Shown here: positions 8,218-17,740 of the stretch, piece by piece | Layout: each line of letters begins with the position of its first letter | Position numbering within the stretch: the stretch's first letter is position 1 | Assembly: GCA_045579745.1 (NCBI GenBank) | Contig: JAZNMQ010000024.1 | Coordinates: 14,612-78,611 of the forward strand | DNA length: 64,000 nucleotides | Reading direction: 5' to 3' | From: Candidatus Flemingiibacterium sp. | GTDB lineage: Bacteria; Bacillota; Clostridia; Oscillospirales; CAG-272 | Position numbers and translations under genes: made by a program | Notes under the pieces: model-generated | The model's input: only the letters and a program-made list of their open reading frames with translations | The model's database searches: none | Told to the model about the DNA's origin: nothing

Positions 8218-9090
8218 TTAATATATTGGTTCACATAAGTGTGCATCGATGCCTTTGTCAAGCAACGCCTGCTTAGCTTTTTCGGCATTACAGGGACTGT
8301 CGAAAACCCCGAAGACCGATGGACCGCTTCCACTCATCATTGAGTGAAGCGCACCGCATTCCAGCATGTATTCTTTAAGCCTTTGTGTATCCTTGCGTAT
8401 CGGAAGTATCGCACTTTCGAATATATTTGTCATCGACTTTGCAATCAGATTTATATCGCCCGTTTCAAGTACCGCTGTAAAGCTTCCTACATCGACAACG
8501 CGCGAGGTGAAATCATACATTTCATCAAGTGTTCGATATGCCAAGGGAGTTGATACGCCCTCTCCGGTTTTGGCAATGATTATATAGCACTTCGGAAGCC
8601 TCGGGCACGGCGATAATATGTCGCCTACTCCTTTTGTTACACAGATGCCCTTTCTTACGCAGAACGGAACATCAGCCCCGAGCCTCGCACCAAGCTCACA
8701 AAGCCTGTCTGTGCTGAGTCCGACTCCGTACAGCTTATCAAGTCCGATAAGCGTTGCCGCAGCATCGGTGCTTCCGCCTGCGAGTCCTGCCGCAATCGGG
8801 ATGCGTTTTTCGACATGTATCCTTGCTCCGCCTTGTAATCCAAGCTCTCCGAAAAAGAGCTTAGCGGCTCGATAACAAAGGTTGCTCTCCCCACAGTCAA
8901 GTGAGGGCTCACTGCATGTCAGCTCAATTGCCCCAGCCTTTTCAAAAGTGAGCGTATCGTAGAGCGAAACTGACTGCATAACGCTTTCTATATTGTGATA
9001 TCCGTCAGGACGTCTGTCTACAATATCAAGCCAAAGATTTATCTTTGCGGGAGCATTTATTGTAATTTTTTCAGTCAACAGCTTCTCCAC
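8218..9090 (-). CDS. ispE: 4-diphosphocytidyl-2-C-methyl-D-erythritol kinase
   Basis: 290 aa. APAKINLWLDI..RRPDGYH and IPIAAGLAGGSTDAAA are GHMP kinase motifs. Confidence 0.9.
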   Translation of the reverse strand: MEKLLTEKITINAPAKINLWLDIVDRRPDGYHNIESVMQSVSLYDTLTFEKAGAIELTCSEPSLDCGESNLCYRAAKLFFGELGLQGGARIHVEKRIPIAAGLAGGSTDAAATLIGLDKLYGVGLSTDRLCELGARLGADVPFCVRKGICVTKGVGDILSPCPRLPKCYIIIAKTGEGVSTPLAYRTLDEMYDFTSRVVDVGSFTAVLETGDINLIAKSMTNIFESAILPIRKDTQRLKEYMLECGALHSMMSGSGPSVFGVFDSPCNAEKAKQALLDKGIDAHLCEPIY

Positions 9091-9130
9091 CTTATCCTGT
9101 TTTGCTTTATTTGATTTAAGCAGTACTGCA

Positions 9131-10315
9131 TTAACCTCCGATAAGCTTAATTATCGGATTTTTCTTAATCTTAACCGCTTTAAACGGGCAGAGCTCCTGA
9201 CAGCAATAGCATCTGATGCAATCGGATTTAATTATGAATGCCTGCTTTTTGCCGGCTTTGGCGGGTTTTAATTCGATCGTATTTCTCGGACAGCTCTTAA
9301 CGCATTCTCCGCATCCTACGCATTTTGCCGTATCAACGAGCGGTCTTGGCTGCAGCCAATCGTTGAGCCTGCCTCCGAACATATTCGGCAGAATTTTAAG
9401 CATCGAGCCACCACGAAGCGGATTGCTTGCGGTATCCGGCTTTTTGAAATCATCGACCGTAAGGTCAGACAGCTTTTCGTCAGACAAAATTTTAAGCTCA
9501 TAAACACCGCTTGGACAAAGTCCGCGACGCTTAGCTTCTTCAAGCATTATTACACTGTCAACCTTGATAAGCGAGGAAGCCGCAATATCGACCGAAAACG
9601 GATTAAGTCCCGACAAAATGCAGTTAAGCTTTCTCGGCTCACCGCCTGTCGGACCGTTACCCTCCATCGCCAAAATACCGTCTACGACATTGAATGTTGG
9701 CTTCATGGCGATTATTGTTCCGACAAGGTCTGCAAGCATCGAGCCGAAATCGTTATAATCAGGGAATCGCGCGTGCATTTCAAACTTCTGAACACCCGGA
9801 ATTACGCCGAAATAATTCTTTGCCGCGCCGCTGTAGCCGGTCAGCGAATGGCTTTTCAGCTTTGCCAGATCGACAATTACATCTGCATTAACGATGGGGG
9901 TAATCATGTTGAAAACCTTGGAGGTTTTACCGTTCGGAGCGGCTACCTCCTGATAGCTCGTATCAAAATTCAGCGGAACATTCATCCGCTCTGCAACCGC
10001 AGTCAATCCGCATCCGCGATAGGTTCCCGCAAGCGTTTGCTCGGTATAAAGACCACCCGGGCTCTCGGCTATTAGGATATCCGAAGCACTTTCTTTAAGT
10101 ATGCGTATCACAGCTTCAAGCACTGCGGGATGTGTTGTTGCCGCAGCCTCGGGACTTTTTTTCATAACGAGGTTCGGCTTAATTACGACACGCTTGTCCT
10201 TAAACATATCCGCCGCACCGAGCTTATCAAGCTGCAAGCGGAGTACACGCTCAATATCGTCTACATCATAGCTCTCACATCTGTCAAGAGCTACCATGTA
10301 ATCCTTTTCTATCAT
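9131..10315 (-). CDS. DUF362-like domain protein with a C-terminal 2x[4Fe-4S] ferredoxin domain
   Basis: 394 aa. The C-terminus carries CVGCGECVKSCP and CIRCYCCQELCP cluster motifs. The N-terminal ~300 aa resemble the DUF362 family by eye. Confidence 0.6.
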   Translation of the reverse strand: MIEKDYMVALDRCESYDVDDIERVLRLQLDKLGAADMFKDKRVVIKPNLVMKKSPEAAATTHPAVLEAVIRILKESASDILIAESPGGLYTEQTLAGTYRGCGLTAVAERMNVPLNFDTSYQEVAAPNGKTSKVFNMITPIVNADVIVDLAKLKSHSLTGYSGAAKNYFGVIPGVQKFEMHARFPDYNDFGSMLADLVGTIIAMKPTFNVVDGILAMEGNGPTGGEPRKLNCILSGLNPFSVDIAASSLIKVDSVIMLEEAKRRGLCPSGVYELKILSDEKLSDLTVDDFKKPDTASNPLRGGSMLKILPNMFGGRLNDWLQPRPLVDTAKCVGCGECVKSCPRNTIELKPAKAGKKQAFIIKSDCIRCYCCQELCPFKAVKIKKNPIIKLIGG

Positions 10316-10355
10316 CTTGATTTATGCTTTCATTAAACGAAAGCTTCCTTTCTGC

Positions 10356-11888
10356 TCACTCAACGAAATGTGCTCCGACGGATTTCCTACGGGCAATTGC
10401 CCCGTTAAATACCATCCTTGCAATCTGAGTCATTGAGTAAAGCTCATATTCTTCACATGTTGAAAGATACGCTGATTCAAGCTCTCCCATAAGCTCGTCG
10501 ACGAACACCTTGCCCTTGTTCATACCTGCCTTGGTTCTGACAGCGTTTGCGTTTTTCGTCATTACATCGCAAAGCTTTTGGCGCTTTTCGCCGATATTAT
10601 CGAGCGTTTTTTCTACCGGTAAATGCAAATTTTGTATTTCGGTTGAGGTTGATGTACGACAGCTATCGTTAATGCTCCTTGCCGCACGTCTTCCGAACAC
10701 CAGACATTCAAGCAATGAGTTGCTTGCAAGGCGATTTCCGCCGTGAATACCCGTCCAAGCGCATTCGCCGCATGCGTACAGACCGTCAACATTCGTTTTG
10801 CCGTTGATGTCCGTTTCGATTCCGCCCATTTGATAGTGCTGTGACGGAGTTACGGGAATCCACATATCGGGAACATTGATTCCGCATCTTACACACTCGC
10901 CGTATATCGTCGGGAAACGGTTTGAGAAAAACTCCTTTGACATGCTCGAAACATCGAGGAATACATTATCTCGTCCCGTTCGGCGCATTTCTCTTATGAT
11001 CTCGCGTGTTACGATATCACGGGGCGCAAGGTCGGCAAGCTCATGCTTACCCTGCATAAAGGGCTCTCCGTCATGGTTCCTTAAAATTCCGCCCTCACCT
11101 CTGACAGCCTCTGAGATAAGAAAACGGCGGCCGGTTTGTCCCGCTTGGGGAGTCATTGTTGTGGGATGGAATTGCACCATCTCCATATTTGTTATCTTTG
11201 CGCCTGCTCGCTCAGCCGCGGCAATTCCGTCACCGACTGCACTACTTTGATTGGTGGTATTTTTGTACAGCGCACCGATTCCGCCCGTTGCGAGAATAAT
11301 ATTGGCAGAGCGGACGAGCTTTGCCGCTCCGTCATTTATGATTATCGCGCCCTGTGCACCGTTATCATCCGTAATAATATCAACGAGAAAGGTGTTATAT
11401 GAAACTGTGATATTTTTGCGTTCAAGCACGACCTCGCCAAGGCGCTTTGTAACCTCGCATCCGGTTGCATCTCCTCCGCAGTGAACAATTCGCCTGCAAG
11501 AATGTCCGCCCTCGCGTGTTATCATGAGCTCACCGTCCGGCGTAGTATCAAACGGCACGCCAAGCTCGATCAGCTCGTGTATGTTTTCAGGTCCCTCTTT
11601 AACAAGGACCTCAACTGCTTTTGTGTCGCAGAGTCCTGCGCCTGCTTTGAGTGTATCCGCAATATGCGACTCAAAGGTATCGTTTTTGTCGATTACCGAC
11701 GCGATACCTCCCTGCGCAAGCCATGAGCTGCAGGTCATAATATCCGCCTTGGATATAATTAAAACTCGCTTGGAAGGGTCAATGTGAAGTCCTGCGTAAA
11801 GACCTGCAAGACCGCTTCCGACTATCAGCACATCGCAGTCAATCAGCTCAAGCTCTGCGATTTTATCGCTGTAAAGATATCTTCTCAT
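10356..11888 (-). CDS. nadB: L-aspartate oxidase
   Basis: 510 aa. FAD-binding DVLIVGSGLAGL, HCGGDATG and RGEGG motifs. The start overlaps the aroA stop (ATGA). Confidence 0.9.
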   Translation of the reverse strand: MRRYLYSDKIAELELIDCDVLIVGSGLAGLYAGLHIDPSKRVLIISKADIMTCSSWLAQGGIASVIDKNDTFESHIADTLKAGAGLCDTKAVEVLVKEGPENIHELIELGVPFDTTPDGELMITREGGHSCRRIVHCGGDATGCEVTKRLGEVVLERKNITVSYNTFLVDIITDDNGAQGAIIINDGAAKLVRSANIILATGGIGALYKNTTNQSSAVGDGIAAAERAGAKITNMEMVQFHPTTMTPQAGQTGRRFLISEAVRGEGGILRNHDGEPFMQGKHELADLAPRDIVTREIIREMRRTGRDNVFLDVSSMSKEFFSNRFPTIYGECVRCGINVPDMWIPVTPSQHYQMGGIETDINGKTNVDGLYACGECAWTGIHGGNRLASNSLLECLVFGRRAARSINDSCRTSTSTEIQNLHLPVEKTLDNIGEKRQKLCDVMTKNANAVRTKAGMNKGKVFVDELMGELESAYLSTCEEYELYSMTQIARMVFNGAIARRKSVGAHFVE

Positions 11889-13150
11889 TTTGAAATCCTA
11901 ACTTTAGCAAAATCCTTTACAAAATCGGGATACGATTTATTAATGCAGCTCATATCGTCAACAATCACATCTCCATCGCAACCTGCCGAAGCCGCAGCTG
12001 CAGCCATAGCTATTCTGTGGTCGTTAAATGAACATACTCTGCCGCCTTTAAGTCGGTTCTTCCCCAAAATAATCAGACCGTCCTCTGCCTCGCTGACTGT
12101 CGCCCCGAGCGAATCAAGCAGTGAAGCGGTCGAGGCAATTCGGTCGCTCTCCTTTATTCTGAGTCGTGAGGCGTTGTATATTCGCGTGGTTCCTTCCGAA
12201 AGTGCCGCCATTACTGCAAGCACAGGAACAAGGTCGGGAATATCCGCCGCGTCAATATCATGCGCTATAAGCTTATCAGCCTTGCTGACAGTAACATCAT
12301 CGCCATCCCACGCAACTCGGGCACCAAACTTCTTGACTATATCAAAAAGCTTGAAATCGCCTTGCTTTGTGGCACGGTTAATTCCACTCAGCTTTATTCT
12401 TCCGTTGATAGCTGCCGCGACCGCGAAAAATGCCGCTTGAGAGCAGTCGCCCTCTACATCCATATCAAGCGGTTTCAAGCTGCCGCCGTATAGCTTGTAT
12501 CCGTCTGACAGCTCGGTAATATCCGCGCCGAACTGCCTCAGAACATCAACCGTCATGTCGGCATACGGCTTGCTTTCAAGCTTGGTTGTCAGCTTTATTT
12601 CGCTCTCGCCGTCAAGCTGAGTCAATGCTATAAGGAGCCCCGTTACAAACTGAGAGGAAACATCTCCGCGAAGACTGTACACACCCGCGTTAAGCTTTCC
12701 GAAAACCTCAAGCGGCAGATAGTCGCCATTTTCAGGATAGACAAGCTTTGCGCCGTGTGCTTCAAGCAGACCCTTGTACAGCTCAGTCGTTCGATTTGGA
12801 AGTCTTCCCTCACCTACGAATGTTGAATGTGCATCAAGTGCCGCGACAAGCGGAATAAAGAAGCGAAGCATTGATGCCGACTCGTATGCGTTCAGCGTTC
12901 CGCCGTCAATTCCACGCAAGCACGGCTTACCTACCCTGAAGGTGCGCCCTGCCTCATCGTGAAGCATCTGGGCGCCGAGCTGTGTCAGTGCATTTGCGGT
13001 AGCCTTTATATCGTTTGACATATCAACTCCGCGAACGACCGAATTCCCCGCAAGCGCCGCACAAATCAATGCACGGTGCGCCTGACTTTTAGACGAAGGT
13101 ATCCGTACCTCGCCGTCAAATTCGCTCGTCGAAAATACCATGTTTTTCAA
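11885..13150 (-). CDS. aroA: 3-phosphoshikimate 1-carboxyvinyltransferase (EPSP synthase)
   Basis: 421 aa. PSSKSQAHRALICAALA, the LRIKESDR motif and DHRIAMAAA. Confidence 0.9.
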   Translation of the reverse strand: MKNMVFSTSEFDGEVRIPSSKSQAHRALICAALAGNSVVRGVDMSNDIKATANALTQLGAQMLHDEAGRTFRVGKPCLRGIDGGTLNAYESASMLRFFIPLVAALDAHSTFVGEGRLPNRTTELYKGLLEAHGAKLVYPENGDYLPLEVFGKLNAGVYSLRGDVSSQFVTGLLIALTQLDGESEIKLTTKLESKPYADMTVDVLRQFGADITELSDGYKLYGGSLKPLDMDVEGDCSQAAFFAVAAAINGRIKLSGINRATKQGDFKLFDIVKKFGARVAWDGDDVTVSKADKLIAHDIDAADIPDLVPVLAVMAALSEGTTRIYNASRLRIKESDRIASTASLLDSLGATVSEAEDGLIILGKNRLKGGRVCSFNDHRIAMAAAAASAGCDGDVIVDDMSCINKSYPDFVKDFAKVRISK

Positions 13151-14187
13151 ATCAAATCCCCTATTTCCGATATCGGAAGCTGTTTAATTATTGCGTTTCC
13201 GATACGGTCGAGCAGTATAAACTTAATTTCATCAGCCGTACGCTTTTTATCGGTATTTACAATTGAAAGCAAAGCTTCCTTTGTGTAGTCCATGTCTGTC
13301 GGAAGCTCCCATTTAACAAGAGCCTTGCGTATTTTATCCTCAAATGTGCTGTCATATCCGAGCTTCGCTCCGATTCTTGCGGCATACAGCATACCGATTC
13401 CGACAGCTTCGCCGTGTGAGAATCGCTTGAAGTCGCCGAGTCTTTCGACCGCATGTCCAAGCGTATGTCCGTAGTTGAGAATAGCTCGGATTCCGGTTTC
13501 AAGCTCATCCTCCTCCACTATTTTTGCTTTAATAAAGCTGCAGCGATAAATAATCTCCGCCATATCAACGGTATTATTCATCACGCCGTCGAACAGCTCC
13601 GCGTCCGCAATACAGCCGTATTTTATTACCTCACCCATTCCGTCGTTCATGTAACGGCGTGGCAGAGTTTTAAGGAATCTGCTGTCTGAGATAACAGCAA
13701 CAGGCTGTTTGAATGCGCCTACTAAATTTTTTCCTATCGAAAGGTCAACGCCCGTCTTGCCGCCGATCGACGAATCGACCTGCGAAAGGAGGGTTGTCGG
13801 AATTTGAAGAACCGATATTCCGCGAAGGAATGTCGCCGCCGCAAAGCCTGCCATATCTCCGCAAACGCCTCCGCCGAGCGCTATAACAAGTGATTTTCGA
13901 GTTAAGCCTGCCCCTGCAAAGGCTGTATACATATCGGAAACTGTTTCAAGCGTTTTGCTCGTTTCTCCCGCAGCAAAAACAAATTCACCTGCGAGCGTTC
14001 TGCCGCAGCTTGAAAGCGCCTCGTGAAAATACGGCGCACAATATATTCTGACATTACTGTCAGTAACAAGAAACAATCTGTCGAAATCACTTATTTCAAG
14101 CACCGTCGCAAGTGACTCTGCAAGGATATCCTCGCCGACATAAATATTATAGTCACCGCCGGTATATTTTACATTTGTAATTTTCAT
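13147..14187 (-). CDS. aroB: 3-dehydroquinate synthase
   Basis: 346 aa. ALGGGVCGDMAGFAAATFLRGI, VDSSIGGKTGV, NYGHTLGHAVE and HGEAVGIGM. The stop overlaps the aroA start by 4 nt. Confidence 0.9.
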   Translation of the reverse strand: MKITNVKYTGGDYNIYVGEDILAESLATVLEISDFDRLFLVTDSNVRIYCAPYFHEALSSCGRTLAGEFVFAAGETSKTLETVSDMYTAFAGAGLTRKSLVIALGGGVCGDMAGFAAATFLRGISVLQIPTTLLSQVDSSIGGKTGVDLSIGKNLVGAFKQPVAVISDSRFLKTLPRRYMNDGMGEVIKYGCIADAELFDGVMNNTVDMAEIIYRCSFIKAKIVEEDELETGIRAILNYGHTLGHAVERLGDFKRFSHGEAVGIGMLYAARIGAKLGYDSTFEDKIRKALVKWELPTDMDYTKEALLSIVNTDKKRTADEIKFILLDRIGNAIIKQLPISEIGDLI

Positions 14188-14210
14188 ATTCTTTTTACTC
14201 TACAATTAAT

Positions 14211-15053
14211 TTATTCTATACTGAATTTGAGGCTTATATCGAGTGCTCTTACAGAATGCGTCAGCGCGCCTATGCTTATAAGGTCTACACCGCATGCAGA
14301 AACATCGGCAAGATTTCTGTCACCCATATTGCCCGATGCCTCGGTAACAGCGCGTCCGTCGACAATTTTTACAGCCTTCGCCATATCTTCACAGCTCATA
14401 TTGTCAAGCATAATGATATCAGCGCCTGCCGCAAGTGCTTCATCAAGCTGAGTAAAATTCTCGACCTCAACCTCTATTTTAAGGGTGTGCGGCGCGTTTT
14501 CGCGTGCAGATTTTACCGCCGCGGTGATAGATCCAGCCGCAACAATGTGATTATCCTTTATTAAGATTCCGTCAGCCAGATTAAAGCGGTGATTAGTACC
14601 GCCGCCAACCTTTACCGCATACTTTTCGATAACACGAAGACCCGGCGTGGTCTTACGGGTATCACAAATTTTCGACTTTGTGCCTGCAACCTGCTTTACA
14701 GCCTCAGCTGTACGGGTGGCAATACCCGACATTCTCTGCATAAGATTCAGCCCGACGCGCTCTCCCGTCAAAACATCGGTAGCTTTACCGACAACCTCAG
14801 CGATGATTTCACCTGCTTCAATGCGGTCGCCGTCCTTTTTGTAGGCTGTAAATTTTATTTCCTTATTGATCAGCGCAAATACTCGCTCTGCCACACCGAT
14901 TCCGCACAGAACGCCAGCTTCCTTTGCCTTGTAAAAGCCGTGAGCTATTCTGTCCTCCGATATCGTACTGATCGTTGTAATATCGCCGGTTCCGACATCC
15001 TCAGCAAGTGCGTTGAGTATCAGCGTATCAAGCATATTCCCATATAAGTACAT
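14211..15053 (-). CDS. nadC: Nicotinate-nucleotide pyrophosphorylase (carboxylating)
   Basis: 280 aa. DITT, the TRKTTPGLR motif, KDNH and MLDNM. Confidence 0.9.
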   Translation of the reverse strand: MYLYGNMLDTLILNALAEDVGTGDITTISTISEDRIAHGFYKAKEAGVLCGIGVAERVFALINKEIKFTAYKKDGDRIEAGEIIAEVVGKATDVLTGERVGLNLMQRMSGIATRTAEAVKQVAGTKSKICDTRKTTPGLRVIEKYAVKVGGGTNHRFNLADGILIKDNHIVAAGSITAAVKSARENAPHTLKIEVEVENFTQLDEALAAGADIIMLDNMSCEDMAKAVKIVDGRAVTEASGNMGDRNLADVSACGVDLISIGALTHSVRALDISLKFSIE

Positions 15054-15071
15054 TTTTGTTCTCCAGATTGT

Positions 15072-15995
15072 TTATTTTATCGCAACCATTTTTTCAAGTG
15101 AAGCTCTCGCACCGCTTAGCTCATCATCCGTCAGAATGACCTCTCCCGTTTCATCGCGAAGACAGCTCAGCACATCGGAAAGCGAGGTTTTTTTCATATT
15201 TGAGCAAACAAGCTCATCGGACAGCAAATAGAAGCTCTTATCGGGGTAGAAATGCGTAAGCCTGTCAACTACGCCCTTTTCGGTTCCGATAATGAACTCC
15301 TTCGCATCGGAATTTACACAGTAATCGATAATCTGCGACGTGCTTCCGATAAAGTCAGCCATTTCAACAACATCAGCTTCACATTCGGGATGGACGCAGA
15401 ATAGCGCATTCGGATGTGCGCTTTTTGCATTGGAAACCTCGTCAGCATTTATTTTATGGTGTATCGGGCAATATCCGCTATACAGAATAAACTCCTTTTC
15501 GGGAACCAAACCTGCAACGTACGCCCCAAGATTTTTGTCGGGAACAAAAATTATCTGCTTGCTTTGCAGCTCGCGGCAAATCTTGATCGCGTTGGATGAC
15601 GTACAGCAAATATCCGATACCGCCTTGGTTTTTGCTGAGGAGTTTACATAGCAGACAACTGCGGCTTCGGGATATTTTTCTCGAAGTGACAGTACATCCT
15701 GCGCAGTTACCATATCCGCCATTGGGCATCCGGCGTCTGGCGTAGGTATAAGCACCTTTTTTTCGGGATTTAATATCTTAGCGCTCTCTGCCATAAACTT
15801 GACTCCGCAGAATACGACCGTGCGATTCTCTGCAAGCTTTGCCTTTTTTGAAAGCTCGAACGAATCGCCGATAATATCCGCTATAAGCTGTACCTCAAGG
15901 CTTTGATAATAATGAGCAAGAATCAGCGCGTCCTTTTCCTCTTTAAGTCGGAGTATCTCGCTGATCATCTCATCGTTTTCGTTTTTAATAGACAT
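15072..15995 (-). CDS. nadA: Quinolinate synthase
   Basis: 307 aa. LAHYYQ, GVKFMAE, and conserved Cys residues (GCPMA, YCPIH). First gene of the array. Confidence 0.9.
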   Translation of the reverse strand: MSIKNENDEMISEILRLKEEKDALILAHYYQSLEVQLIADIIGDSFELSKKAKLAENRTVVFCGVKFMAESAKILNPEKKVLIPTPDAGCPMADMVTAQDVLSLREKYPEAAVVCYVNSSAKTKAVSDICCTSSNAIKICRELQSKQIIFVPDKNLGAYVAGLVPEKEFILYSGYCPIHHKINADEVSNAKSAHPNALFCVHPECEADVVEMADFIGSTSQIIDYCVNSDAKEFIIGTEKGVVDRLTHFYPDKSFYLLSDELVCSNMKKTSLSDVLSCLRDETGEVILTDDELSGARASLEKMVAIK

Positions 15996-16054
15996 TTTGG
16001 ACTCCGGTTATCTTTTCCTAAATAATGGTATAATCAAAAAATATATATGGAATT

Positions 16055-16083
16055 ATTATATCACATATACGCTTATTTTTCAA
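16055..16083 (-). promoter_or_regulatory. Promoter of the nadA array
   Basis: Minus strand reads TTGAAA (16083-16078), 17-nt spacer, TGaTATAAT (extended -10, 16063-16055); about 60 nt upstream of the nadA ATG. Confidence 0.65.
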
Positions 16084-16187
16084 TGACACATCAAATAAAT
16101 TCATAATTTGTTTTTATTTTATTATTATTGCGCCCAAACAAAAACATTCAATAATATATAAGTATAATATAGTTAACAAATAATCAC

Positions 16188-16216
16188 TTGACATTCACTC
16201 TGTTTTGAAGTAGAAT
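16188..16216 (+). promoter_or_regulatory. Promoter of the AI-2E family permease gene
   Basis: TTGACA (16188-16193), 17-nt spacer, TAGAAT (16211-16216). Confidence 0.65.
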
Positions 16217-16234
16217 AAAATTATACTATCCTGT

Positions 16235-17704
16235 ATGGAGGACATTATATTGAAAATCGATTGGAATCGCAAATATACAACAATCTCGGTTTACACTATT
16301 TTAACTGCAATTGCGCTGATGCTTATCATCTCGCTCTTTTTAAACTTTACCAGCGTAAGGTTATTTATTGCTGACATCAATGCAGTTCTGACTCCGTTCT
16401 ATATCGGACTTATCATCGCATACATAACCAACCCGATAATGAAAATGTGCGAAAAGCGTATTTTCCGTTTTGCTGTAACAAGCTCCAAACGCCTGAAAGC
16501 AAAACGCGCTTTATCATTGCTGTTAGCGTTTATCATCCTCCTTATTATCATTACGATTCTGTTTCTGCTGATCATTCCTCAGATAACCCTGAGCCTATCT
16601 GATCTATCCTCAAAAATGAGCGGCTATGTAAAAACAACTCTTGCATGGCTCGATACGTATCTTCCCGATTCGCTCTTTAATATCGCCGATCTCTCAATAG
16701 AAACCTTACTCAACAACATTTCATCATTTTTCGAGAATTCCGAGCTTGGAGCGCAGCTAAGTGTTATATCTGCTCAATTTGATAAGCTTCCAACCAACCT
16801 CGATTCGATTCTTTCAACCTCATTCTCGGTTTTAAAAGACTATGTCCCTAAGCTTCTCGGCGCTGTTACCGGAGCAGCTAACGGTCTGCTCAATTTCGTT
16901 CTCGGAATATTCTTCTCTATATATATTCTTTCCTCCAAAGAAAAACTGGTAGCTCAGACTAAAAAGCTTCTCAGAGCTATCAGCTCGGAGAAAATCTATA
17001 ACAGCATTTTAGAGCTCGCAAACTTTTCAAATAAAACCTTCAGTGGGTTCTTCATCGGCAAAATAATTGATTCAATTATCGTCGCTATTATCGTATTTGT
17101 TGTTTTCACTATCGTCAAAATGCCGTATGCCGTTCTTCTTAGCACAATGATTGGCATTGCAAATATCATTCCGGTTATAGGTCCTTTCATCGGAGCTATC
17201 CCCGGAGTTCTCATAATTTTCATTGTCGACCCAAGACAGGTTCTCCTGTTCATAATAATAAATATTGTCGTACAGCAAATCGACGGAAACGTCATCGGCC
17301 CCAAGGTACTTGGCGAAACCACAGGTCTTGCTTCTCTTTGGGTACTCTTTGCAATTACTGTCATGGGCGGCCTTTGGGGACTGTTCGGAATGCTTATCGG
17401 TGTACCGCTTTTCGCCATCATCTATATGATAATTAAGCTTTTCGCCGAAAAGCAGCTTGTGTCAAAGAATCTTTCTTGTGAAACGGGCGACTATTATTCC
17501 GAAAATGAAATACGCGAATTCACAGAAAATCAAGAAAACCACCTTTCATTCGCAAGCAGACTGAAAAGCCATAGCGAAAACATAATGGGGTCAGCCCTGA
17601 TGAGATTATTCAAGAGAAAAAAGAAAGAGGTCAAACCTGATTCCGACGGAACCGACACTGAACAAGACACAGACAAAAAAGACGGCACCGAAGGCATAAA
17701 TTAA
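16235..17704 (+). CDS. AI-2E (PerM/YhhT, UPF0118) family transporter with a charged C-terminal tail
   Basis: Polytopic membrane protein with the family-typical ...IIPVIGPFIGAIPGVLI...GPKVLGETTGL... block. ATG 16235 has no SD and is about 12 nt from the predicted TSS. An in-frame TTG at 16250 lies 8 nt after GGAGG (16237-16241) and may be the real start. Confidence 0.75.
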   Translation: MEDIILKIDWNRKYTTISVYTILTAIALMLIISLFLNFTSVRLFIADINAVLTPFYIGLIIAYITNPIMKMCEKRIFRFAVTSSKRLKAKRALSLLLAFIILLIIITILFLLIIPQITLSLSDLSSKMSGYVKTTLAWLDTYLPDSLFNIADLSIETLLNNISSFFENSELGAQLSVISAQFDKLPTNLDSILSTSFSVLKDYVPKLLGAVTGAANGLLNFVLGIFFSIYILSSKEKLVAQTKKLLRAISSEKIYNSILELANFSNKTFSGFFIGKIIDSIIVAIIVFVVFTIVKMPYAVLLSTMIGIANIIPVIGPFIGAIPGVLIIFIVDPRQVLLFIIINIVVQQIDGNVIGPKVLGETTGLASLWVLFAITVMGGLWGLFGMLIGVPLFAIIYMIIKLFAEKQLVSKNLSCETGDYYSENEIREFTENQENHLSFASRLKSHSENIMGSALMRLFKRKKKEVKPDSDGTDTEQDTDKKDGTEGIN

Positions 17705-17740
17705 TTAGTGAAAGGCAGCGAGGCTGTTTAGGTATAATCC

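Noticed and set aside
15996-16234. Possible NiaR/NadR operator (TGTGTCA ... TATGTGA flanking the -35 of the nadA promoter).
   Set aside because: I cannot recall the operator consensus reliably enough to score it, and the half-sites are short and imperfect. This needs a position-weight-matrix scan.
16235-17704. Impression that the AI-2E permease gene and its upstream spacer are more AT-rich than their neighbours (possible horizontal acquisition).
   Set aside because: Membrane proteins and intergenic DNA are usually AT-richer. No flanking repeats, tRNA or integrase are present, and I cannot compute composition statistics here.
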